From an uncultured Piscirickettsiaceae bacterium (GTDB lineage Bacteria > Pseudomonadota > Gammaproteobacteria > GCF-002020875): 59,567 nt of DNA. The notes beneath the pieces were generated by a model that ran no database searches, had not been told where the DNA came from, and saw only the letters and a list, made by a program, of their open reading frames with translations. This document shows, piece after piece, positions 9,218-18,452 of the stretch. The translations under genes and the position numbers were made by a program. Position 1 is the stretch's first letter; each line of letters begins with the position of its first letter. Location of the stretch: contig CAYFNH010000003.1 of NCBI GenBank assembly GCA_964344435.1, positions 1 to 59,567 of the forward strand, in the 5' to 3' direction.

Positions 9218-10564
9218 CTAACGCTCTCTCAAGGCACTCTGTTGCGCCTTCAGAATCGGCTTCAAGAGGTAATCCAGTACCGTTTTCTGCCCCGTCAACA
9301 GCTCTACCGTTGTGGTCATCCCGGTGATGATGGGTAACGGATCCTCCTCACTGCCCAGCGCATTTTTCTCGGTACGCAACCGCACTCGGTAGTAGCGCTC
9401 CCCCTTCTCATCCACAATGGTGTCGGGGCTGATCTGCTCCAACTGAGCAGGAATGCCGCCATAGATGGTGGGATCGTAAGCGGTGAACTTGACCATCGCC
9501 TGCTGATCCGGGCGCAGAAAGCCGATATCGGATGGACGGATTCGGGCCTCGATCAGCAGTTGATCATTGAGTGGCACCACCTCCATGATCTCCATCCCCG
9601 GCTGGATCACCCCACCGATGGTGGTGACTTGAATCCGTTTTACTTCGCCATAAACCGGTGAGCGGATCTCGGTACGCTGCAGTCGGTCATTGAGGGTATT
9701 CTGCTGTTCCAGAGTGCGCGAAAGCATCGCCTTTGCCTCACTCAGCTCCTGGGTTGCCTGCGCTGCAAAGGAGCGGTGCTCTCCCTCCACCTTGCGCTCA
9801 ATCTCTTCGATGGCCGCCTCGATACGGGGGATCGCATTCTGGTTGGACTCATACTCGGTCTTCAAGCTGTGCAGTTCGCGCTCCAGACGGGCAAGATCCC
9901 GTTTCAGGCGCACCAGCTCGATCTCCGGCATCACCTTGATCTTGCGTACCCGCTCGGCAATCTCCATCTCTTTCTGTGCGTTTTCATATTCGGACTTGGA
10001 GAGCTGCAGACCCTGCTCCAGATTGCGAAGATTAACTTCGCGCTCCCTCAACTCCTGTTCACGCTGCTGGCGCTGTGCACTCAAGACCTCCAGAGCCGTA
10101 TCCAGTTCGGACTGGCGCACCTGATAGTTGGCCTCTTCACTGCTGGCAAAGTCGGGCTGTTCGTCGAGCACCTCCTGTGGGGGTTGATAGGTTTCACCAC
10201 TGGCCTCGGCCTCGAGGCGGGCGATCTTGGCCTTCAGATAGAGTGACTCCAGCCGGTTCTGCTTGGCCTCGGAGATGTACTGGGTGCCGGAGAGACGGAT
10301 AACCACCTGCCCTTTCTCGACAATCTCTCCCTCCTTGACCAGGATCTCCTCGACTATTCCCCCTTCCAGATTCTGCACAATCTGCACCTGTGAGGATGGG
10401 ATCACCCGCCCTTCACCACGGGTTACCTCATCCAGTACCGCCCAGTTGGCCCAGTAGAGTGCTACCCCAATGACCACCACCACCGAGATCAGCAAGAGAT
10501 GATTCAAGGGCCGGATGCGGTTGCTGGAGACCTTGGTCCACTCCTCGTAGCTGGTTTTTGCCAT
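9218..10564 (-). CDS. HlyD-family type I secretion periplasmic adaptor (LapC/PrtE-like)
   Basis: N-terminal TM, LDEVTRGEGRVIP..VQNLEGG, long coiled coil, IRSPVYG, C-terminal TVLDYLLKPI...ALRER. Confidence 0.92.
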   Translation of the reverse strand: MAKTSYEEWTKVSSNRIRPLNHLLLISVVVVIGVALYWANWAVLDEVTRGEGRVIPSSQVQIVQNLEGGIVEEILVKEGEIVEKGQVVIRLSGTQYISEAKQNRLESLYLKAKIARLEAEASGETYQPPQEVLDEQPDFASSEEANYQVRQSELDTALEVLSAQRQQREQELREREVNLRNLEQGLQLSKSEYENAQKEMEIAERVRKIKVMPEIELVRLKRDLARLERELHSLKTEYESNQNAIPRIEAAIEEIERKVEGEHRSFAAQATQELSEAKAMLSRTLEQQNTLNDRLQRTEIRSPVYGEVKRIQVTTIGGVIQPGMEIMEVVPLNDQLLIEARIRPSDIGFLRPDQQAMVKFTAYDPTIYGGIPAQLEQISPDTIVDEKGERYYRVRLRTEKNALGSEEDPLPIITGMTTTVELLTGQKTVLDYLLKPILKAQQSALRER

Positions 10565-10588
10565 TACAGATACTCAAAATTGATTATT

Positions 10589-10853
10589 TCACCATGAAGG
10601 TCATGAAGATACATGAAGAACCACGGAAAACAAAGCTAACAACACATAACCATGCCTATGATTTCAACCACAGGATGGGGATGAGCGGCATAACCAGACA
10701 CGTCATCCCTTCGGAACGCCCTTGGGCGGTAACCCCCACCCCTGCCCTCCCCCTGACAGGGGGAGGGAGTTGCTGCAGAGATTTGTCGAGAAGCTATGTT
10801 CGATACGAGTTATACATTGTATCTCTTCATGAGCTTCATGCTCTTCATGGTGA
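10589..10853. mobile_element. 265-bp MITE-like element with about 30-bp imperfect terminal inverted repeats made of CATGAAG units
   Basis: Left end TCACCATGAAGGTCATGAAGATACATGAAGA (10589-10619) matches the reverse complement of the right end TCTTCATGAGCTTCATGCTCTTCATGGTGA (10824-10853); no transposase. Confidence 0.6.
10731..10767 (+). repeat. REP-like palindrome ACCCCCACCCCTG-CCCTCCCCCTG-A-CAGGGGGAGGG
   Basis: Perfect 11-bp inverted repeat at 10745-10767; related copies at 42371-42393 and 42417-42451. Confidence 0.7.
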
Positions 10854-10860
10854 GCGGCGG

Positions 10861-12996
10861 TTACCCCTTCTCGGTGTGAGTCCAGACGCCATCCCAGTCA
10901 GCCGCTGGTGGGTTGTCGATAAAGTGCTGACAACGCTCCACGTAGGTGATGGAGGGGCCATCGCTTTCGAGGATGGTGAGCGCCTTCTCGAAGAGCTGCT
11001 TAGCCGCCACGAAATCCATCTCTTTGTATTTCTGCAGCCCCTGCAGATAGATCGGCACCACATCGGCCATTGGTCCACTGGTCTGGTTCTTGCGGTCAAT
11101 CACATCATAGACGGTGACCGGCTCCTTCTTGCCCACCACGCGGATACGATCCAGCTCACGGGTATCAATATTGTCCTTGGCCTGTTCGTAGGTACTCTCG
11201 GAGATCATCGAGTAGTTCTTGTAGAACTTGTTGGCCCCTTCCAGACGCGCCGCGAGATTCACCGAGTCTCCCATCATGGTGTAGTCCATACGCTGCTGGG
11301 AACCCATGTTACCAACAATCATCGGTCCGGTATTGACACCCATCCGCACCCGGAACTCCACCGGCAACCAATCCTTCTCGATCTGCTCCTGACGGAACGG
11401 CACCAGGAACTTCTGCTGGTCGATGATACTGTAACAGGCACGGGTGGCGTGGTCTGGCTGCTCCAGTGGCGCCCCCCAGAAGGCGATAATCGCATCTCCT
11501 TCGAACTTGTCGATGGTACCGCCGTGATCCGCAATGATGTCACACATGGCCGTCAGGTACTCATTGAGCAGTGCCACCAGCTCTGCCGGGGTGATCTTCT
11601 CGGAGATGGTGGAGAAACTGGCCACATCGGAGAAGAATGCGGTCATCTCGCGGCTCTCTCCACCTAGGGACATCTTGGAGGGGTCTTTCACCAGCGCATC
11701 GACCACGTCAGGAGAGAGGTACTGCCCGAACGCAGCAGTCACAAACCCCTTTTGGTCACGCTCCACCAGATAGTGGCGCAGATTGATCACCAGATAGGAG
11801 AGGAAGGCCGCTACCAGCACATAGCTCATGGAGAAGACCACTCCCTGATCGATATAGAGCTTGCCAGCGGCATAGATATATCCGCTCAACAACAGTGCAG
11901 TGACTGCAAAACTGATAGCGGGGGTAGAGATCATGCTAACCAGCAGCATCGCCACCATGACCGCCATCAACACCACAAACTCCTGCTCTTGTGAGGCGGG
12001 CTGCAGTGGAGTACCTCGCATCATGGTGTGAATTGCATCGGCGATGATCTCCACTCCGTAGACCATGCCCACCGGGGTATCAAACCAGTCATGAGAGACC
12101 TCCGAGGTATCCCCAACCACCACGATCTTGTCCTGGAACAGGAAAGAGAGCTCTTCCAACTCCTCCATGGCGATCTCCTGCTCCTCCTGTGGATCCTCCA
12201 TGCCTTCAAACAGGTACGGCAGATAAGGCCGCAACACTGTCATCGCACTGATAGAGGCATCGGTCTGGCTCAGAAAGGAGGCCCCCATTGTCAGTGAGGG
12301 GAAATCGATATGGAACTGGTTGTGATGATCAAGCGGGACTCTCAGCTCTCCTATGAGCAGATACTTCTGCCCCTCCACCTCGGTCAGCACCGGCTCGACA
12401 TCGTAGTACATCGCCAGCGCCTGAACCGCGAATGGCCAGCCATCCTCCATCTCGATGGTATCGTCCCGCACCCGTAGCTTGGAGAGGCTGGTGATGATCG
12501 AGCTGGAGGAGGTGATATTGGTATAGCCGCTCTTTGCAGAGCCATGATAGGCCTTGGTGGGATAGTTCATCCCCGTGGCCACATCCTCGTCATTGATCTG
12601 GGCCTGTGATACCAGCAGAGAGCTGCCGGTCCCTTTCAGCAGTTTGGCGGCCTTCTCATCCTCTCCGTAGGAGCTGGGGAAGTCAAACAGTACGTCAAGT
12701 GCAATCACCTTGGCCCCCAAGTCGTGAAGTGCACTGGCCATGGTGGCAATATCGGTACGACGTAGCGGGAAGCTGCGATACTCGTCAAAGAAGGCCTCGT
12801 CCATATTGAGGACAACAACCTGATCCTTGGAGAAGCCGGTCTGCTCCTCGTCTCCATAGGACATCCTCAAGATCTGACGAACCGAGAGGGTCTGCTCCTC
12901 GAGCAGGGCAAACGACTCGTTGTACTCTGCAGGAATCATCGCCATAAACAGCACGATGGTGATCAGTATGTCATAACGTCCCAGAATTTTTTTCAA
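10861..12996 (-). CDS. Membrane CHASE2-domain adenylate cyclase (class III)
   Basis: N-terminal TM, CHASE2 motifs (FPLRR, VIALDVLF, KIVVVG, TPVG..YGVEI.A), three TMs, FFSDVASFS, DKFEGDA and DYTMMGDSVNLAARLEG; TTG start with a GGAGG RBS. Confidence 0.92.
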   Translation of the reverse strand: MKKILGRYDILITIVLFMAMIPAEYNESFALLEEQTLSVRQILRMSYGDEEQTGFSKDQVVVLNMDEAFFDEYRSFPLRRTDIATMASALHDLGAKVIALDVLFDFPSSYGEDEKAAKLLKGTGSSLLVSQAQINDEDVATGMNYPTKAYHGSAKSGYTNITSSSSIITSLSKLRVRDDTIEMEDGWPFAVQALAMYYDVEPVLTEVEGQKYLLIGELRVPLDHHNQFHIDFPSLTMGASFLSQTDASISAMTVLRPYLPYLFEGMEDPQEEQEIAMEELEELSFLFQDKIVVVGDTSEVSHDWFDTPVGMVYGVEIIADAIHTMMRGTPLQPASQEQEFVVLMAVMVAMLLVSMISTPAISFAVTALLLSGYIYAAGKLYIDQGVVFSMSYVLVAAFLSYLVINLRHYLVERDQKGFVTAAFGQYLSPDVVDALVKDPSKMSLGGESREMTAFFSDVASFSTISEKITPAELVALLNEYLTAMCDIIADHGGTIDKFEGDAIIAFWGAPLEQPDHATRACYSIIDQQKFLVPFRQEQIEKDWLPVEFRVRMGVNTGPMIVGNMGSQQRMDYTMMGDSVNLAARLEGANKFYKNYSMISESTYEQAKDNIDTRELDRIRVVGKKEPVTVYDVIDRKNQTSGPMADVVPIYLQGLQKYKEMDFVAAKQLFEKALTILESDGPSITYVERCQHFIDNPPAADWDGVWTHTEKG

Positions 12997-13143
12997 ACCC
13001 GACCTCCCGTGGTTTTATATATCTTTTTTCCAGCTATAAAGTAGCCATAGTAGGTTATACGGCGCTGTACTCCAATAATAAATCGGATTTTCCTTATTAT
13101 CGCCCCGGAATTCCTCAGATTCTCTGAGCAGCCATCCCGGCAC

Positions 13144-13179
13144 AAAAAAACCCACAGCCTGCAACTGCAGACTGTGGGT
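13144..13179 (-). terminator. Rho-independent terminator downstream of the CHAT/336-aa operon
   Basis: ACCCACAGCCTGCA-AC-TGCAGACTGTGGGT hairpin followed by T7 on the minus strand. Confidence 0.75.
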
Positions 13180-13213
13180 CGAGCCAACAGGCTTGAGAGG
13201 TTGTGGCGAGGTA

Positions 13214-14224
13214 CTAGCCCTCATCCTCCTCTTTCAGCTTGGTGTAGAGCTCACCTTCATGGGAGAGCAACTCACCCAACTTCAGCTTGCGGATGTGCTC
13301 CAACATCTGAGGACGCATATCGATCTCGTCCAGGTTCTCGCTGAAGAACTGGACATACATATCCAGTGCTCCCACCTTGATGCCGTCATTGTCCAGTGAG
13401 ATTGCCTCCAGCAACTGGTCGCCACCTCGGGCATCCTTGCGAGCCATGATCTCGGACTCCTCGGACTGATCCACCCAGACAAATGAGCTGGCACGTCTCA
13501 CCTTCTCGGAAGCCAGCTCCCCATTCTTCAACAGCTCGACCTTGTAGTCGTGCTTGCCTGGAGCCATATCGCTGAGCGCGTGACGAACCACCAACTGCCC
13601 CTGCGGAGCCGGAATCATGACCACCTGATCGTCAATGGTCAGACGATAGCTGAACTCGCTGTAGTTCTCCGCAGTGATCTTCGATGCCTTCTTGACAACC
13701 GCATTCTCGATCACGTTGTCCCAGATCAGCTCGGGCCATGCTGCAGAGAGCTTGTAAGGTGCGCGCTTACTGTGGCTTGCCGCACCCAGCTTGATCTTCA
13801 GGCCACGACGTACGGTGGTGTACTTTTGTCCCTTCTTGAAGCGGTTGCCCAAGCTGGCCACCAGATCACCAGAACCCTTGGTTGCTTCGCCCAGGGCGCC
13901 TTCGGTTGCCTCTGCACCCTCCGCAGTAATCATCACTACGGTGTTTCCACTCAGAGCACGTGACATCCCGGTCTGCTGATTGAGGAAGGTTCCCTTGCCA
14001 TTGGCACCGGTACGGATCTGATAGCCGGGAAAGAGGAACTTGTTACGTCTTACCTTTCTCCACTTCTTGCCATTTTTGCTGTACTCGATCTGTCCATCCA
14101 CATTCATGATCATGGTGACAGGAGCTCCTTTCTTCTTTTTGCCTTTTGCCAATGCCAGGTCGCCCTGCACAATCAGCAGAACCGACATGACGGCCACTGT
14201 AAATATTTTCATAAAACGTCTCAT
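13214..14224 (-). CDS. Exported hypothetical protein: signal peptide, FecR-like N-domain, beta-sandwich, helical C-terminus (possibly DUF928-like)
   Basis: Signal peptide ending ALA|K; VDGQIEYS..W.KV..NKFLFPGYQIRTG; 73 bp downstream of the CHAT gene. Confidence 0.7.
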   Translation of the reverse strand: MRRFMKIFTVAVMSVLLIVQGDLALAKGKKKKGAPVTMIMNVDGQIEYSKNGKKWRKVRRNKFLFPGYQIRTGANGKGTFLNQQTGMSRALSGNTVVMITAEGAEATEGALGEATKGSGDLVASLGNRFKKGQKYTTVRRGLKIKLGAASHSKRAPYKLSAAWPELIWDNVIENAVVKKASKITAENYSEFSYRLTIDDQVVMIPAPQGQLVVRHALSDMAPGKHDYKVELLKNGELASEKVRRASSFVWVDQSEESEIMARKDARGGDQLLEAISLDNDGIKVGALDMYVQFFSENLDEIDMRPQMLEHIRKLKLGELLSHEGELYTKLKEEDEG

Positions 14225-14297
14225 TTCAATACTCCTTCATCATCCAAAAACAGAAATAACGCAAAAACCGACCGGTATTTTGCCCACTATAAACCAG

Positions 14298-17200
14298 CTA
14301 ACCTTCGGAGTCAGCCCCTATTGCACCCTCAACCATAAAGAACGCAGACCAGATATAAGGGTGCGACCACTCATCCGATTGCGCCATCTCCAACTGTGTA
14401 TTGCGTAAGGCCGCATGCACATCCTCTCCCTCCAACACTCTTTGGTAGAGTCCATTCATCAGCGCCTGGGTTCCGGCATCACTGACCTCCCACAGAGAGT
14501 TGACCACCGCACCTGCACCCGCCTCCTGGAAGGAGCGACGCAGGCCGTAGACCCCCTCACCTTCATGGATCTCTCCCAAACCTGTTTCGCAGGCAGAGAG
14601 AATGGCCAGGCGGGTTCCGGTCAGGTTGAGGCCAAGCGCCTCCAACGCAGTCAGCACTCCGTCGTTATCGGTATCAATCTCGCCCAACAGCTTGGCGTTG
14701 GCATTAAGCCCGGCAAAGGCGAGGCCGGCACGCATCAACGGATTGTCTCCCGGTGGCGGCACATTCACCCCTCCGGCACCACGAGTCAGTTTACTCAACC
14801 GTTTCTTCAACTTCTCATTGGGTTTGAGGAAGAAGCCATGGGTGGAGATATGGAGTACCTCGGGTGGTTCCATCTTGCGCAGCAGCTCCTCTTGTGCCGC
14901 CTTCTTCTGGATCAGCTGAGTCATCGCCTCCTGTTCCGCACCACCGGCCTCGGCAATCTGCTCCTTGATCTGACGCCCCTCCTCCTCTGCACCGGGCAGT
15001 GGGGCAAAACTGAGCCCTCGCATACCGTGTGCCATACCGCGCATGGCCTGGTTATTGGCCGCTGCCGACCGTTTACCATTGAGTGCAGCCAGCATCTTCT
15101 TCCCGGTCACCTCATCGGTATCATAATCAGGTCCCGCCATGATCATGTATCCACCCTTGGCAACCGGAATATCGGAGGGGATGATGTTGCGGCTGGAGGA
15201 GATGGTATGCAGATCAACTGCAGCCAACAGATACTCTTCATCCTCGGTCACCATCGCATTGAAGGGGAGGATATTGAGCATTCCGTCCGGTACCACATAG
15301 ATATTGGGAATCTCTGCCAGCTTCTCGACCAGAGGGCTCCAGACCTGACCGAAGGTCTCCATCCCCATCTCCATTAACTCATCCGGCCCTACGAACTCAT
15401 CCTGAATCACCTCTCGTAGAATGTCGATACTCTCATTAATGGCTGCCAGATCCTCATAGAGATAATGGTCATACGAGACCTCCCCCTCCTGCTTCTTCAA
15501 CAGGGAGACCTGCAGCTTGCTGGTATCCTCGGCATCGCGGAAGATCATGTAGTCGACCAATGCAGAGTCCTCCGGCAGGCTCTCTTCGAGCGACTGCAGA
15601 GTAACCTTCTCCGCAGACTCCTTGAAGCGCAAACTGGCGCGCCCCAACTCACCCTCCAGCTCACTGATGCGCTCCTTGAGGTTGTACTGCTTCTCCAGGA
15701 AGGAGACCGCTGTACCCTCGGTAGGGCCAGACAGTGTCAACGCGGCCAGATCCTTGCGACTCTGCATCAGCTCGTCACTGATTGCAGTCAGTGCAGGATC
15801 ATCTGCCATCTTGGTAACCTGGTGAATCTGGGATGAGACCTGCAACAGCAACCCCTTGCGGTTCAAGCTGACGCGCATCAATTCACGCCCCGCCTGCTCC
15901 GGCTCGAGCTCGGCAATCATCGCCATGTAGCGGTTCAGCTCGGGACGATGGAGACGAATATAGCCTTCCCTTGCATTTTCGCTGGTGGCCCAGAGCATCT
16001 GATCAAGGAAGATGTTGCGGCGCACGAAGATTGTCTGCTGGGTATTGAAGGCCGCCTCGTTGTCCTCCATCTTCAACTGCAGCAGGGCTAGCGTGTTGAG
16101 TGTCTCGAAGGTGTAGGGGTGCTGTTCACCCAGGTTCTCTTCTGCCTGTTTCAGCGTCTTCTGCAGCAGCTCCAGCGCCTCCTCCAGGCGATCCATATCC
16201 ATATAGAGTTTACCGAGATCATGCCGGGAGCGGATTACGTCCATATGGTTCTCACCCAACACCCGGATACGAAGATCCAGCGCACGACCAATCATCTCTT
16301 CGGCTGCGTCGTAATCCTTGAGATTGTGGGTGACACGCCCCAGGTTATTGAGTGCCTTCATGAACTTCTGATGGTCCTCACCCAGAGTTGCCTCCCAATT
16401 GTCCACCACCTCTTCGAAAATCCCCACGGCATCTTCATTGCGCTCTTGCAACAGATAGAGGTACCCCAGGTTGTTTTTCACTGCAATGGTGTCGGGATGG
16501 CCTGCGCCACGCTCATCCGCGAGAATTTCAATGGTCTGTTTATAGAGTGGCTCCGCCTTGTCAAAGGTACCTTGGCTTTCATAGAGCAGGGCCAGGTTAT
16601 TCATATTGGCCACCGTGGTCGGGTGCGCCTCTCCCAGCTGTTCTTTGGAGTATTTCAGTGCCTTGCGATAGAGTGGTTCGGCCCGATCATAGAGCCCCTC
16701 TGTTTCCAGCGTCAGTGCGAGGTTGTTCATCACCGCCAGGGTCGAGGGGTGGGTCTCCCCAAGACGCTCACTGAAGCGCTGCAGTGCCAGCTCATAACCC
16801 TCCTCTGCCTCTATCAACCGGGACTGTTTGCGCTGCAGCCCAGCCAGATTATTCAGGGTGGTGATCGCATTGGGATGCGTCTCCCCGAGCGTTTCATTCT
16901 CATAATCAAGAATCTCACGAGTGACCTCCTCGGCCCGTGGGTAGAGTCCCTGATCTTCCAGCAGTTGAGCCAACACCCCCTTGGCCTCAAACTTCAGATT
17001 CTTGGGGGACTCTTCTGCTTCGGTCACCTTGCGGATAATCTCCTCGGCCTCCCAAAACTCTGCCTCCACCCGAGCCAGATCGGCACGATAGACCTGGGTC
17101 TGCACCCAGGAGGGGTGGCCCTTGCCTGCTACACCCTTGAGAATCTTGGAGGATTTACCGTAGGAGAGGCGAGCCTTGGCATAATCACCTTGGCGAAAAT

Positions 17201-18137
17201 TCATCAACCCCAGGCGCCGGTAACACTCCCCAGTATCAATATGCAGCTCACCCAGGGTCCTGCCAGCGGCAACACAACTGATCAACAATGCATCAGCTGC
17301 GGCATCATACTCTCCCCGCAGCTCCTCAATCGTGGCCAGGCGCTGACCCGCATCGAGGGTAGAGGGGTGGCCTGCCCCCAGAGAGAGATCATAGGCCGCC
17401 AGTGCCTTGCGATAGAGTGCTGCGGCACTCTGATAATTACCGCTGCGTTGCTGCAGATCTCCGTTCAGCATCTGTAGCTGTTGGGTCTGCGGGTGATGTT
17501 CCCCCAGTGACTCGGTGGCTGCTACCTCTGCCTCCATCAACACCTTGAAGGCTGTCTCTGCTGCCCCATTGGAGTAGAGCGCGTAAGCGTAACGGGATTG
17601 GCCCTCTAGCGTGGCCGGATGACCCGCACCCAGCTGTGCCAGCGCCTGATCGACCACTTTTTGTCCCTGCTCTGCCGCCTTGTCAAATTTCTTCTGCTGA
17701 ATATAGGCATTCAACTGATCCATCTCAGCCTGCCACGCCTCCGAAACGGCGCCCTTGGTAGCTGCTTCCAGCTTCTCTGCCACCCATGATGGAGCTATCT
17801 CCGCCAACTTGAGGATCTTGCGGTTATAGACCTGTACCGCCTCATAATCCTTGCGCTGCGATGCGAGCTCGGTTGCCCGACGGTAGAAGGGGAGCACTTC
17901 CGCTGCAGCACGACCTGCCAGCTCACTCAGGATCGCTGCATCCACCTGGTAATCTTCACTATCGGGGGCCAGCTTGGCGGCCTTCGCCATATGTTCATAG
18001 GCAGCGCCGAAAGATTTGTTGTTGTACTGCTCGATACTCAGCTTTGCCTCGGCTGCCGCCTCCTGTGGTGAAGCCACCACAGCTCCAACCTGGGCAAAAA
18101 AGAGCAACGCCACCAATCTGATGAATATGCTTAACAT
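14298..18137 (-). CDS. Exported TPR-CHAT (caspase-like cysteine protease) protein
   Basis: Start at ATG 18137 (GAGG RBS) gives signal peptide MLSIFIRLVALLFFAQVGAVVA; many 42-aa LGxxHPxT..NNLA repeats; CHAT dyad motifs LHISTHGF and ILSACETG; C-terminal HPYIWSAF. Confidence 0.9.
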   Translation of the reverse strand: MLSIFIRLVALLFFAQVGAVVASPQEAAAEAKLSIEQYNNKSFGAAYEHMAKAAKLAPDSEDYQVDAAILSELAGRAAAEVLPFYRRATELASQRKDYEAVQVYNRKILKLAEIAPSWVAEKLEAATKGAVSEAWQAEMDQLNAYIQQKKFDKAAEQGQKVVDQALAQLGAGHPATLEGQSRYAYALYSNGAAETAFKVLMEAEVAATESLGEHHPQTQQLQMLNGDLQQRSGNYQSAAALYRKALAAYDLSLGAGHPSTLDAGQRLATIEELRGEYDAAADALLISCVAAGRTLGELHIDTGECYRRLGLMNFRQGDYAKARLSYGKSSKILKGVAGKGHPSWVQTQVYRADLARVEAEFWEAEEIIRKVTEAEESPKNLKFEAKGVLAQLLEDQGLYPRAEEVTREILDYENETLGETHPNAITTLNNLAGLQRKQSRLIEAEEGYELALQRFSERLGETHPSTLAVMNNLALTLETEGLYDRAEPLYRKALKYSKEQLGEAHPTTVANMNNLALLYESQGTFDKAEPLYKQTIEILADERGAGHPDTIAVKNNLGYLYLLQERNEDAVGIFEEVVDNWEATLGEDHQKFMKALNNLGRVTHNLKDYDAAEEMIGRALDLRIRVLGENHMDVIRSRHDLGKLYMDMDRLEEALELLQKTLKQAEENLGEQHPYTFETLNTLALLQLKMEDNEAAFNTQQTIFVRRNIFLDQMLWATSENAREGYIRLHRPELNRYMAMIAELEPEQAGRELMRVSLNRKGLLLQVSSQIHQVTKMADDPALTAISDELMQSRKDLAALTLSGPTEGTAVSFLEKQYNLKERISELEGELGRASLRFKESAEKVTLQSLEESLPEDSALVDYMIFRDAEDTSKLQVSLLKKQEGEVSYDHYLYEDLAAINESIDILREVIQDEFVGPDELMEMGMETFGQVWSPLVEKLAEIPNIYVVPDGMLNILPFNAMVTEDEEYLLAAVDLHTISSSRNIIPSDIPVAKGGYMIMAGPDYDTDEVTGKKMLAALNGKRSAAANNQAMRGMAHGMRGLSFAPLPGAEEEGRQIKEQIAEAGGAEQEAMTQLIQKKAAQEELLRKMEPPEVLHISTHGFFLKPNEKLKKRLSKLTRGAGGVNVPPPGDNPLMRAGLAFAGLNANAKLLGEIDTDNDGVLTALEALGLNLTGTRLAILSACETGLGEIHEGEGVYGLRRSFQEAGAGAVVNSLWEVSDAGTQALMNGLYQRVLEGEDVHAALRNTQLEMAQSDEWSHPYIWSAFFMVEGAIGADSEG

Positions 18138-18241
18138 GAAACCCTCACAAAACCTCAAACCCACTCCAGAAACAACCCACTCTCCCCATTAACTATACGC
18201 AGCGAATCGGCAAGGTACAGGGCAACCAACAGAAAAAATAC

Positions 18242-18274
18242 CGTAACTATTCAGCTCACCCCTGAACAGCTACA
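18242..18274. mobile_element. Minimal MITE-like element: GTAACTATTCAG / CTGAACAGCTAC imperfect inverted ends with a 7-bp spacer
   Basis: Both ends recur at 20930-20954 and 21040-21053. Confidence 0.5.
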
Positions 18275-18452
18275 AAATACCAATCACTCGACAAATCATG
18301 CTACCTGATACAGCCCCCAAACCAAGGCCGTGCAACCCCTTCTTCAATAGAGAACAGATGAGCATCATATATTTCATTATAAGTTTATGATGTAATTGTA
18401 AAACTGATTGACCAATCCGAACAGATACTCTACTGTAAGCAAATCAAAAACC

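Noticed and set aside
5964-12996. Cyclases as Pycsar/CBASS defence enzymes
   Set aside because: Both are sensor-fused with adenylyl-specifying residues, and there is no adjacent TIR or TM effector typical of Pycsar.
14298-18137. CHAT as part of type III-E CRISPR Craspase or a gasdermin system
   Set aside because: No cas genes, array or gasdermin-like ORF in the window, and the protein carries a signal peptide.
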